Assembly (NCBI GenBank): GCA_000934665.2 | Contig: KZ538147.1 | Location: 62,001 to 115,438 of the forward strand | Reading direction: 5' to 3' | From: Catajapyx aquilonaris | Taxonomy: Eukaryota | DNA: 53,438 nt | Part shown: positions 24,101-36,400 of the stretch, piece after piece | Numbering within the stretch: the first letter of the stretch is position 1 | How the letters are laid out: every line of letters starts with the position of its first letter | Notes under the pieces: model-generated | Databases searched by the model: none | Told to the model about the DNA's origin: nothing | The model's input: only the letters and a program-made list of their open reading frames with translations | Translations under genes and position numbers: made by a program

Positions 24101-27100
24101 GTAGAGGTCGTCATATTGTGAATTTGCTTCCATTATATTACTACAGTTGCTAATAACAATGTACTGTTTTGCAATTATGTAGAGAAGTTTCAAAATGCAG
24201 AAGCCTTGTACATATACGTGACATCATTGTCATACAAATATACTGTACACAAGGCCAATATTACAAATGTCAATCATTTATTTTGCGGTGGTGGACAGGG
24301 TTTGTTGCGCTCTGTAGAAGAGTCCCATGTGAAACTAAACGCCAAATATATCTCAGTCAGCTACGCCTCTAATGGCATTGTGCCCTGAACGAACTTTCGG
24401 GAACCCAATAAACTCTATGCCCTGCAAAGGGCACGAGTTAATATGATAGCTTGTCGAGGCCAGGGGGAAAATGTACTGTACGCAGTTATATTAAGTTACA
24501 TTTGCTGCCCTCTGACCAAAGACATGCGTCACTGAGACGCACTCAAAAACAGGCCTACTAAAATTAATTGGATTCAGAAAGTGTCTTAGACGAGTGTAGA
24601 ATTGGCAAAGTGGTTTTATCCGCAGCATCCTAATGTAACCACATGATATAGTTCACTAAAGATCAAGTAGGTACCGGTAGCATATACCGGTACTGATTAT
24701 TAATTTTTCCTATGCAAATACTTGTTGATGGCACATTCAACCCAGACCTAAACGCCGAGATCTATTTTATCCAGAAAAATGATAAGAACACATGAAAAGG
24801 AGGCCGAGTCGGAGTGCATGACAATTTCTTCATCCTGACTGGTATGCGACCAACTCTGCAGCAACTCCTGCCACATCCCAGTACAAAGAAGGATCGGGAA
24901 AGATGTGCTGGTGTCTTCACTCTATAATCCGGTAAAAACCAGACACGAAGGCCAAGTTGCCTAACCTGGCCTGCTTGTCCTTTAAAATTACACCTAGTGC
25001 AATATTCCAGGAGGCAGACGAAATATCACCTAAAAGGTCACTGATAGGGAGCTGCCAAAATGGGTATCATCAGGTATCATACAGGGTGCTCTTACAGCTG
25101 AACACTCTATTTAGGACTTAGGCTCATTGTGATATGCATTTACTCTATAGTTTATTTGGGAAACTTGGCTTTTATTGCGGAGACTAGAAAAACCCTCGCT
25201 TCGCTCGCATTTTTCTATGGCACAGGCCTAGAAAGTCACTCGCTTCACTCGCTTTTTTAAAGGCCTGCGCATGGGCCTACGGCCTGTGGCGGTGCAGGCC
25301 GTATATTGTTAATCGCTTCGGACGCAGCCAGTGATGAAGCCCATGGATCCAACTTATTCCAACAACCCTGCCCCTATCCCATGGATCCAACTTATTCCAA
25401 CAACCCTGCCCCTATCCCATGGATCCAACTTATTCCAACAACCCTGTCCCTATCCCATGGATCCAACTTATTCCAACAACCCTGCCCCTATCCCATGAAT
25501 GCTCATGAATGATGTTAAATTTTAAACACCTGCTGTACTCTAGTTCTACAGTATACTATACAGGGTGTTTATTGTAACTCTGCAAAGACTTTCAGGGGTA
25601 ATAAGGGGACCAAGACAAGTATTTTTGACATAGGAACCCGTCTCCGGAAACGCCATCTAGAGGGGGTTCATAGACAAGGAACGGGTGCGCTCAGACGTGT
25701 CACGCGAGAGGCGCTAGGAGAGCGGACTGTTTTGTTGGTAGATGGCGCGCAGTTGTTGCCAGGTTATGGCGTATCGCGTCGTTGTAAGTAAACAACAACG
25801 CGATACGCCATAACCTGGCAACAACAGAACCGCTGTTGACTATCCGCGCATCTCCTAGGAGGCGTACTTTAGTTGCTAGATGGCTCTGCTGTTGCCAGGT
25901 TATGGCACATCGCTTCGGTGTTTACTATCCGAGCGCCATCTATCAACAAAACAGTCCGCTCGCCTAGCGCCTCTCGCCTGACGCGTCTGAGCGCACCCGT
26001 TCCTTGTCTATGAACCCCCTCTAGATGGCGTTTCCGGACACTGGTTCCTATGTCAAAAATCCTTGTCTTGGTCCCCTCTATTACCCCGGAAAGTCTTTGC
26101 AGAGTTACAATAAACACCCTGTATAATTATCCAACGGACCAAGAACGACACTGTTTATTTATCATCATTCAGCATCCCTCAGAACATGTTGCCATGAAGA
26201 TGCCCTCACTCAACAATGGGAGTAAACTGTTTCAACACATCTTGTTTATTTTCATTTATTGATTGTTAATTACGTGCAATTTCAAAATCCAATTACTCTT
26301 GAACGAAACGTTTTTCCACCCTAGGAATAGTGGCATTCGATTCAGCTCGTCTAGGAGATTCGGAAATATATAATTATAGATACCTGCAATATGGCGGAGG
26401 CGCTAAAGTCCTTAGTTCTTATAAAGCAATCAGATATAAATATAACTGCTGCTAAAGTCGACTTTACAGCCCAGGCGCCATAATTGTCAATTAGGAAACC
26501 GTACCGACGGATTACTGACCCTTTGCGTCGTCGTTTTGAGAGGGTTTAAAGTGGGGGAAGTGACCAGGGATTCAGGAATTAAATCCCGAAGCTGGACCAG
26601 AATGCAGGCGGGATCATTGTTATTGCATAGGCCTATCTCATTCGGAATATGCTAATTGAAGACGATTGCATCATTCGAAAGGCCATACGTACTATATCGC
26701 CCAAAAAGATAGAGACGATTTTGCATTTGACTCAAGTGCAACTTGCACTTGAATCAAATGCCAATCGTCTCTATCTTTTTGAGCGATATATACCATTGGG
26801 CTCAATTTGATCCGGCCACATTCATCCTGGTCTTGAAGCAACCCTACAGCCCCCAAGGTGGGGACCAGGTGAGGACCTTGGGGCTGTGCGAAGGGTTGCT
26901 TCAAGACCAGGATGAATGTGGCCGGAACAAATTGAGCCCGATGGTATATACTCGTACGGTTCTACGGCCACGCATACGGCCATACTCAGAGAGTCTCTGG
27001 GTATGGCCGTATGCGTGACCGAATTGGTCTCTGGCAGAGACCAATTCGGCGAACCGTCGCAGTGAAGGGTGGTGGGTGGGTCGAGGAGGGGGAAGGGATG

Positions 27101-30100
27101 AGGTCACTGGTGACTGGAGAGACGCCGACCGACATGTGCACCTGTTGCCCGTCAGGACAGGAATGAAGGGATCCCACCCCCATTGCGCATGCGCGGAACG
27201 AGGGCCAATCGGAAAGGTGGTGGTAACAATATGCGGCGGACCAATCAGAGGGGATAGCCATACTACACGTCCACTACCATTTTAATATTATAGATAATCA
27301 CATATTACGTTTTGCAAATATTCAAGGACAATATCATGTGTGTCAGACTACCGTTTAGCAAAGCTGGTTGGGTGGTTGAATAACTAGCAGGATGATTCCT
27401 ATTGAGGCAGACGAAACTTAAATTATCATGTCTTTTCGTTATCTGTTAATGAGATGCGCTCTGAAAAATACAAACTGACTAATAAGGTAATTTCGCTTTG
27501 GAATGTCACAAAGAATCTAACCAGTGGGAAGTTGGCACCTTTAAGATCACCAAAAAGTGATTATTCGGTGCTTTATATAACCGGCAATAAATACTGTAAG
27601 GTTTCGTAAACTGATATACCGGTATGCTTAATTTTCATGACGAGAAACTAACTTATCAAATTAGTTCCTAATAAGTTTATCTCATAACACTGATAAGAGT
27701 TTTTATCGAATAATATCTCCCAGCTACGCAAGCTGCTCATTCTACTAATGATTCCTGCAAGAAAAGTGTCTTATAATTTGTATTATAGAGTAGACCATAT
27801 AGTTTGATCAGTTAAAAAGTCCGCATTATTTGCCAATATCAACCGACATATCTGGAGATATCTAACATCTATTAGGTGACGTATGCAGATCCTAAGGTCA
27901 CCTTCTAGTGGTCGAAAAAGGAGAACCTGTGGTATTTGCAGAATACTTGAGCAATCACACGCGACACCTAACATGACCTATGCCAACAGCATCAGCTGAG
28001 TGAGTGTAGGGCGTTACATAAGCCATATCGGATTGTTTCCAGATGTGGCCGGTATATGCTGGTATATCTTGTGTTCATGATCACGAATCGCGTTTATCGA
28101 CAGGTAGCACTTACCAGCTGAGAAAGGAATGAGGGCCAGCATTATCATGGTACTGATTGGCGTTTGTTACGACCTGAACGGCATTGTCTCGTCAAAATCA
28201 TGGCTCTTTTATGAGCCGGCACGGCGGCACGTGTCCTTTGCCATTTTTCATATTTGCTGACCTCAATATTGTACCTAGATTCTTCAGGTCGGGGCTCAGT
28301 CATATTCCTTTGCTGAATACTGTTTCGCAAGGCGTGGGCGTCTCATGGACGAGCTTCCGGGTGCAGCATGTTATTTTGGAAAGCGTTGGAAAGGTATAGT
28401 GATATCCGGCAACAACAGAGCTCCAGAGCAGTATCTATCGAAAAGCCACGTTTATTTTCTGCGCAACGTTATAAACTAATCATATCCTGGGTAAAGTACA
28501 GCGCACCCGAACGCATGAATAAATAACAATGAGAATGAGTGAAAGGCAGTGAAAGGCCGCCCGTTTGACTGTGGTTTCTGTTCTGCTGTGCGGGGCTGAT
28601 TTCTATAGACACCAGCTGATCTATGACTCCATTCATTTCATATATGGACTTTCAACTGCAGGCATATCAATCTAGATCCCGGAATTCTGTTGTCACATAT
28701 GGCCGTTTGTCTCCTATAAGCGGTCAAGGAGCCCGAGCCTTCGGCTAAGTTTTTTATTTCGATTTTTTTTGCCCAAATTTTTCATACTTTCCCGAGCACT
28801 AACTGCAGCAGCTAGATATAAGAATTCTGCACCATGGACAACATGTCCTATCAAACAAACTCTCTAACCACAGGATAAGGCAAAGAACGTGGCAGGACCG
28901 TATATCCATCTCTGGGAGTAGAGCCAAAAGAATTTTCCCGAAATAAATACTCCTGCACCCAATGAACATCTCGGCCTACCAGAGGCGACGTCGCGTCGCG
29001 TCGTCCTTGAATGACGGTACAAGTCGGTACAAGTCTTTCTGATTTTCGAGCGGTTCCCTGTGCGCAACTCGGAAGAGGACGTTCAATTTCGCAAACTTTC
29101 CGCAGGCTCCAGGTCGTTAACCCAACGCAGGGTTCAAATCAGCAAATGCACGTGGCCATTACATGACATTTGATGATTACGAGACGGAAGTGGCTCCACA
29201 GGGTCAAAGAAATAAGTAATATTCACGGCGAGAATTAATCCGCAAAAAAATAATAAGTAGGTTGGTAGTATTGGATTTCGCCCTATGGCCTGTACTGTAC
29301 ATATAAGATAACGACGACGTTTACTATAGTATATCAAGGGCGGAGGGCCTGTTATGGGTAAACGTACTTTCATCATATGACGAAACAAGTAAAACTATCC
29401 CCTTTAACGTCACACTATACCACCCCCTGTTTGGCTTATTTTTGAAGGATATTTCATATCACGTTTCAAGTGACTGTACCTTACATGCTGAGGGGGGGGG
29501 GGGGGTGAGGGCATGACCTATTCGGAATTAGGATCAACATATTTCTCACGTGATCAAATGCCACAAAAAGGTCTGAAGTTATATTCGGAAGGCACCTGAG
29601 CAATACACATTTACATACAGATAATTATTTATTACAATCAATGCAGCTAACCAGAGTGTCGTGTTGCAATGAGCATTTTTTGCCAAAATCTTGCCCACGC
29701 TTTTGTCCATGCTGACCATGAATGAACAACATACATACTATGTACCGTTCCTGGACGCATTCCAGATAGCCGTCGGGTTTATTATGTCACGTTTTGTGCA
29801 CAAAAAGAAATACAAGGAAGAAAACGAATTGCAAATCGCGGTGTGGCGCGGCACAAATGGTAATTACACCACTGACTAATTATTCCGCGAAATAATGTTC
29901 CTGCAACCTATGCTGCATAATTATCGACCTTTGAACGAGTTTCGACCGCATCAATCAGCAGCCTGATTTTTTTTTTTTATTGTCCTCCCCTGAGGGTATG
30001 CCGAGATTGCCGACCCGACATTTTTTTTTTACCAAACCGCAAGTAACCAGCTAAAACCAGTTTTATTCTGATAGGCAACTATGTCCGATTATAATTCTGT

Positions 30101-30504
30101 AGCTCAACTACCTGCCACGAGCTTGCCAGTTGGCACCTGGTATATAACGCGTGGCTATACTCTATCTGCTCTACAACCTTCTAACTAAAGGTCGAACTGC
30201 ATAATTATCTCATCTTGATCATGATACATAATATGTAGGCCTACATACTAGTATAATACATATAGCCTATACAGCAAAGTATGATATTACTAAAATGATA
30301 GGATGGTGTATTATGCAAATATGCGGAACAGGTTGACGGGTATACCTTAGCACCGTCGTCGGTTGGTCCTCTGGCTGTCGCACTGCAGTCGCTGACTCTT
30401 CGTGGTTTGATCTGCACCTGCAGTGTGGATGGACACTCCAGGATAGGCAGCTGTTGCGACATTCCGTCCGCATCTCCGTTGTTCATCTTCATCATCCCCG
30501 ACAT
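21171..30504 (-). CDS. SLC2/GLUT-family facilitated hexose transporter (~577 aa)
   Basis: Exons 30504-30346, 23474-23370, 22909-21905 and 21635-21171 are all phase 0. Sugar-porter motifs include GYGLGVLNAP, LGRR, PMYLSEVAPKRLKG, PESP, QQLSGINAVFYY, GLGPIP and PETRG. The first exon is the least certain. Confidence 0.88.
25340..25497. repeat. Minisatellite, 38-bp unit x4
   Basis: CCCATGGATCCAACTTATTCCAACAACCCTGCCCCTAT repeated four times, with one substitution. Confidence 0.95.
25561..26121. mobile_element. Tc1/mariner-type MITE (CAGGGTG ends)
   Basis: TA duplication on both sides. Long (~200 bp) imperfect TIRs CAGGGTGTTTATTGTAACTCTGCAAAGACTTTC / GAAAGTCTTTGCAGAGTTACAATAAACACCCTG, with internal TAGATGGCG motifs. 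Confidence 0.9.
26787..26950. mobile_element. Short palindromic TA-flanked MITE / hairpin
   Basis: ~75-bp near-perfect arms TATACCATTGGGCTCAATTTG..AAGG / CCTT..CAAATTGAGCCCGATGGTATA. Confidence 0.75.
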
Positions 30505-32409
30505 GTCTCCTCTGCGCACCTCCGCACAATGTGGACCCACACTAGTGTGGTCCACAACTTGAATATATCTTACACCGCCCCCCTCCACTCCCTTGCCCAA
30601 CCCCCCCACCAACCCCAACACCACCAATCATCTCTCCACAAAAACCCAAACACTTTTATCTGCACACTGACATCATCCTGTGGTGCTGGCCAGCCTCTCT
30701 GCACGAGTCGTTTCTTCTGCTATAGGTGCGTGATGCATACCCTGTACCTGCATGCAAAGGTAGGCTACCAGACCTTCCTGATGCGGATTTGGGCCACCTC
30801 TGGCGGTGTTTACTTCGAGCTACCCGCTTCTGGCACGAATCGATTTGCGCACTACTCACGGCGCAGGATACAACCAACACCCAGACAGACTATCGCAAAA
30901 AAATATTTATCGCAGGGAGAAACGGTCGTACGGAGGAGGGAAATGGGATTTACCGCATAGCGCACAATATACGTAGACCAAGCCAGGGTTGACCCAGTTC
31001 AGTCATTTTGCAACGTAATGGTCGATTATTGCATGTAACAATGGAGTGTAACAGTCTTAGGCTCTTGGCTATATTTGATAAGAAATGAATGTTCAGAGAA
31101 CAATTTACTGTCGGGTTGATAATATTATTTTTAATAGCGCGATTTGGTCCCTTGGGCAATCACACCTATCCAATGTGTTGGCCAGACAGGCCTTTGTTTC
31201 TAGCCATGACGTAATGGCTTGCACTGAATAATTCCTCTGTGAAAGGCGTTTCAGTAATTTTCTCACTTGACTACGAGGAAAACACGCGAGTGGTCAATAG
31301 TAAACAAGTGATGACGCAAAAGTTCGGATTTATTATTACCTCCTGTTACGAGGGTGTGCCTGCATCAAATATGGGCGGTCTTGTCTCTTGTGAAAATAAC
31401 GCAATGCCACGGTGGGCAATGCAATGGGTAGAAAACAGCTGGTAATTGTCCAGCTGTTCGGTTCGCGCCTCATTAATTGCTATTGCTATTCACGGAACAT
31501 CTGCAGTGATTGCCAATGACCAGGGAAATTTTGATATAGTAATCTACTCGCATTAGGAGGTTAGAAATTATTCACAGCCGAAAATACTTTAAATAGTATT
31601 TTCACGCCAACTATGAAACATAAGAAGCATTATTGATTGACATCCAAACTGTGGTTGCATCCAATATATCAATTTATCCTGTCTAAATCAGCTCAACAAT
31701 CTTTACACCTAATTCAGAAAACCTCTCAGATAATATTTTAAAGATTGACATCATTTTGTATGCCAGTCTGTGTCGTGTTTATCACCAAATCTGTCGTATT
31801 CCGTAGCAGGTAAGGAGGCCTGGGAAGATTCGCGATAGTTTGAATCGATTGAACCGAGCACATTGATGCGGAATCTGTGGAAATGGAATAGGTCTACTGG
31901 CATTGCTATTACATTCCAGAAGTGAATTTCGGAGGGCCGTCGCATGTAGCAAGGAATGGGAAATGCCTACACCTCATATAACTGCCTGAATGTAGATAAT
32001 AATTATAATTACAGTTAATCTAGAGAACGTCATCAACTCACGATTCATGGAGTTACCCATTAGGCTACGTATATCGTGCAATACATTTACAAGACATTTT
32101 ACACAAGGGTCACATAATGACTCATTGTTACTCATATTCTGTTCAATGTCTGTCTGTTGCTAAACATGTGTACAGTAGGTGAAATAATTTTTCATTTTCA
32201 CGTCTGATTTTTGGGCGTAAATGTGCGACAGAACCGCTAGTTCAACAATCCGCTTTTCTTTCGCGGTGGCTAAATTAAGAGAGCTGCTACGCTACAATAA
32301 GCTGTCGTTTTCTGATCACGTGACGCCTTGTCGGCCATGTTGAACAAAAGCGCCAAAAGCACGTAGAATCTCCTGCAACCTGGCCAGACCAAAGAACCTC
32401 CCGAGAACG

Positions 32410-33429
32410 ATGGCCGTGAAGTTCTTCATCGAAGGAGAGTCGACCGGCGATGGAGAGAACGGCCCGGACGGCGAAGAGGGCCCAGACGCCATGACGCCTC
32501 TGGAATGGAACACCGAAACGGAGGTGCAGCTGTTCTACGCCATCACCGGACACAAGCCGGTCGGGGTCAGCAAGCACTTCCAGATGGCCTGCATCCAGGA
32601 CAAGTTGCAGAGCGACCTCAACTGCAAGATCACCGCCAGCATCATCTGGGAGCACCTCGACACCATGTACGACATGCAGGCCCTTGATGACTCGGAGGTG
32701 CTGCCCTTCCCCAACGGCGAGACTGACTTCTCCCTGCCAGAGGAATTTTCAGTGCTCATTCAGGTTTGGACATTTGCTGCCCTTTCTTGCTATTGTCGAA
32801 ACGAGGAAGGCGAGCATTCATTCCACATCTCTTTCTCGATGTGACCATTTTGAAACTAATGCTTAGGTGTCTTTGGAAACACTGGGGGGGATCGTTAATT
32901 ACCATGTGTATCCAGCATGGATGAGAACTTGTGGCTTTGAGGGGAAGTATAAAGCAGGGTACACACGCAGCGAGTGACTCAGCCAAGCAGGCAGGAGAGT
33001 AACCTACTGCGCATGCTCATTCGCCGCCCGAATTCGTTTCTGGCATGGTTTCTGGCCGATGGCGAGTTCTTGGGTGAGTGAGCTACTGCACAAGTGTAAT
33101 CCCCAACTGTGCCGAGTTACTCGCTATGTGTGTACCCTGCTTCAGGTATGTTTATGTGTGAGGGCAGACAGATTGAAGGTGCAGTTTAAATGCAATAGAG
33201 ATGCAAGACTTCCCTGTTAGCACAAGGTGTGTAAGGTACCATATTGTCACAAATAAAGCTGGATGCTGGTATAAAATTAGGGTGATCTGCATGCTTGTAC
33301 TGGTACTACCCATTTTATGCTGGGGATTGGTTCCAGCAACACAGCAGCTAAAAGTGAATTGGCGTAAATCGAAACAAAGTTATAATGCAAGTTAATGAGG
33401 TAGGTTCCAAATTTTCCCACAGGCAGTAC

Positions 33430-33481
<52 letters not shown>

Positions 33482-36400
33482 TCATATCCCGTTATCAGCC
33501 TATCGGCTCTTTAGGGGGGAAATTTTGTTTTGCCTGGAACTCTTTGCTTTCATTTTACTGCGCTTTTTGGGATAGGATAGGGACGGAAGGAAGTGGCTGT
33601 GGCCTATTAATTACGGAAGCAACTCCGGAATTTTCCTGGAAGGACCGTGGGAAACCACAGAAAACCACGGTCAGAGTTGCCGGCCCCGGGATTCGAACCC
33701 AGGACCTCCCGATTCGCAGTCGGATGCCTTATCCACTATGCCAACCTGCTTCGGTCACAGGCAGTACTATAATAATAATGCTGTTTTCAATGCTGACAAG
33801 GGAAGGTCACGGGGTGATAATGACGGATCTTCATGATATTTAACATGCTAATAATACAGGACAATATATCGTCGGCCGGCGATCAAAACCTCGTAACTCC
33901 TCAGGACCAAATTTTACGGGAGGGACAAAAAACATTTTGTAAAATCATGTTTTCTGTTCATGCTGACAATTATTCCTACAGTAGAGCATAACGTAAACCT
34001 TACCTTTCATGAGGATGATGTAGAATTCATGTACACCATTGCAAAGTTGTGCGAAGGGACTTACGAGGTACGTAAGTCCATTTTCGCGCAAAATGGAGTT
34101 ACGAGGTTTTGATTGCCGGCCGACGATATGATACCCAAAAATGAAATATTTTGTGCGGAACCCCATATTTGCAAAAGTTATGACGTTCCGAAAATAATAC
34201 ATTTTCATTCATAATGGGATTACATTAGCGACCACATATAATGACATTGAAGTGTGTAATCAGTTTCTACACTTTTTCTCATCTGAAAAAAGTCCTACAG
34301 AACGGCTCTGGTCGTCCGTCCGTCTGTGGACAGGTATCAAGGCTAAACCGTAAGAGATACAGAGCCGTTATGTAGGACTTTTTTCCGATGAGACAAAGTG
34401 TAGAAACTGATTACACACTTCAATGTGGTCATATGTGGTCGCTAATGTAATCCCATTATGAACTCAATGAAAATGTTTTTTTTTTTTGTTGGAACTTTAA
34501 GACGTCATAACTTTTGCAAATATGGGGTTCCGCACGAAATATTTCATTTTTGGGTATCAATCGTATCATATATTGTCCTGTAATATAGCATGTTATATTT
34601 CATCAAGATCCGTCATTATCACCATGTGACCTTCCCTTGTGAGTATAGTCGGCCTAGGAAAAGACAGCATGAGATTTCTGGGATTTTGAAATAGAGTTGC
34701 CAGATGCAACTGGAACCTGACATGTACACCATACCCGTGTTGAAAAAAAAAATCCCACCCTCTTTACATTTCTCCAGGGTAAACAGGGTATGAGGTGGTA
34801 GGGGGATATGCTAAAATTGTATAGACGTAACAAAATCAGGGTACCTTGGTGACACGGTGGCCGAGTGGTTAGCGCCACAGCCTTCCACCTGTGAGGTCCC
34901 GAGTTCGATCCCCGGGTCGGACAGATGCTACTTATGTGGATAGAGTTTCGATGGGTTCTCTCCGTGTTCGCGTGGGTTTCCTTGGGGTTCTCCCGTTTCC
35001 TCCCACAATCAAAATCCATCACAGCGCAGGCGATGATTAGAGTCGGTTAAATAAAAATCCCCTAAGAGGCCCAAGGAGGCCTATCACGGGGTATCCATTA
35101 AATCAGGGTAGCTTGGAAATTGTCGTTGCCCAACCATTAATTCACGAAAATGTCGGGGAAGACCACATTCATTCACATTTTATCCACAACCGACACCCAG
35201 AGTGTCTGAACCTGCCTTTTGTTACTTCTGAGAACCACTTGATTGAAAGATAAATGAGATTGTAATATGGAAATACACCAACGTAATAAAGATGACCACA
35301 TTGTGGCTCAAACTGCATATTTGTAACTGCATTGTGCTTGTTGGGGATTATTTAGCATGTTAAGTAATCCCTGATACTAGGTACTCAAATGGTGTGGGCA
35401 ACATTTAGATAACAGAAGATCCTTTCAGGGAAGTTAAATACAGCTACCTCCTGACTTACAATACTTAATCTGAACTTGGTAGATCCAGACCCATGTAAAA
35501 AATTTCCAACATACACAAAAAATGTGAGTAATTGGAACAAACTGGTAACAATACAATAATGCCACCAATTGCAAGAAAAAAAGACACGTGAATTCAGCAG
35601 TGTCCAATGAAACATTTCGAATTGGGAGTGATGTCCTCACATACTCGACATTCACATATCACAACCTATGCAGTCCTATAGGTGTGACTTGTTACCCGTC
35701 CAACACTTCTTCCCCCTATCCAGGCACTCTTAGATGTGATTATAAACACAGGCTGGCCTGAAAAGCTGGGATACTACTGGGGGAGGGACCAAATATCAGA
35801 AATTTGTGAGGACACTTTACATCACTTTTTTTAGTGAATAGGTGTACAGGTGATTTAGAGGGTCACCACCACCACCTCTTGCGCATGTCAGTACTGCCAA
35901 TATTATCAATGCATTCAAGTGCGGATAACAATGTGCATCTTCTTAAGCAGGAATGTAAATAGCAAATACCTGTAGAAAGATGGAGAAGGACTTCGGCAGG
36001 AGCTCAAATGAGTGGAGTGAAAAACTTATTTCTGTGCCTCGAAGTCAGTATTTTGTATCTAATGCCATAATCTTGACACACATATTTTCACATTGCTGCA
36101 GAGACAACATCAGTTTTATGGCCAGAAATATGACCCTAATCCCATTTAAGACCATGTACTACCAAATAATCATAAAAATACTAGGGCAGATCAATAAGTA
36201 ACGCAATAATTTTAATTTAGGGAAAAGTTTAATAGATAGACAAAACTTAAGATATACATAGCGACCTGCCAATCCTTGGGCTATTTTACAACATATGAAC
36301 CATTTCTGTTGATGCATTTGTCCCACTGTGGTACATAGTTAAAGATACCATGTTTTTAGAGCTCCGTTTTTTGCCATAACCCCCTGAGATCTGATGTCCA

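Noticed and set aside
33685..33755. tRNA genes at the SINE heads (also 34850, 39630, 41965, 51950)
   Set aside because: Each continues into a SINE body and simple-repeat tail, three have clear TSDs, and I could not build a convincing cloverleaf by eye.
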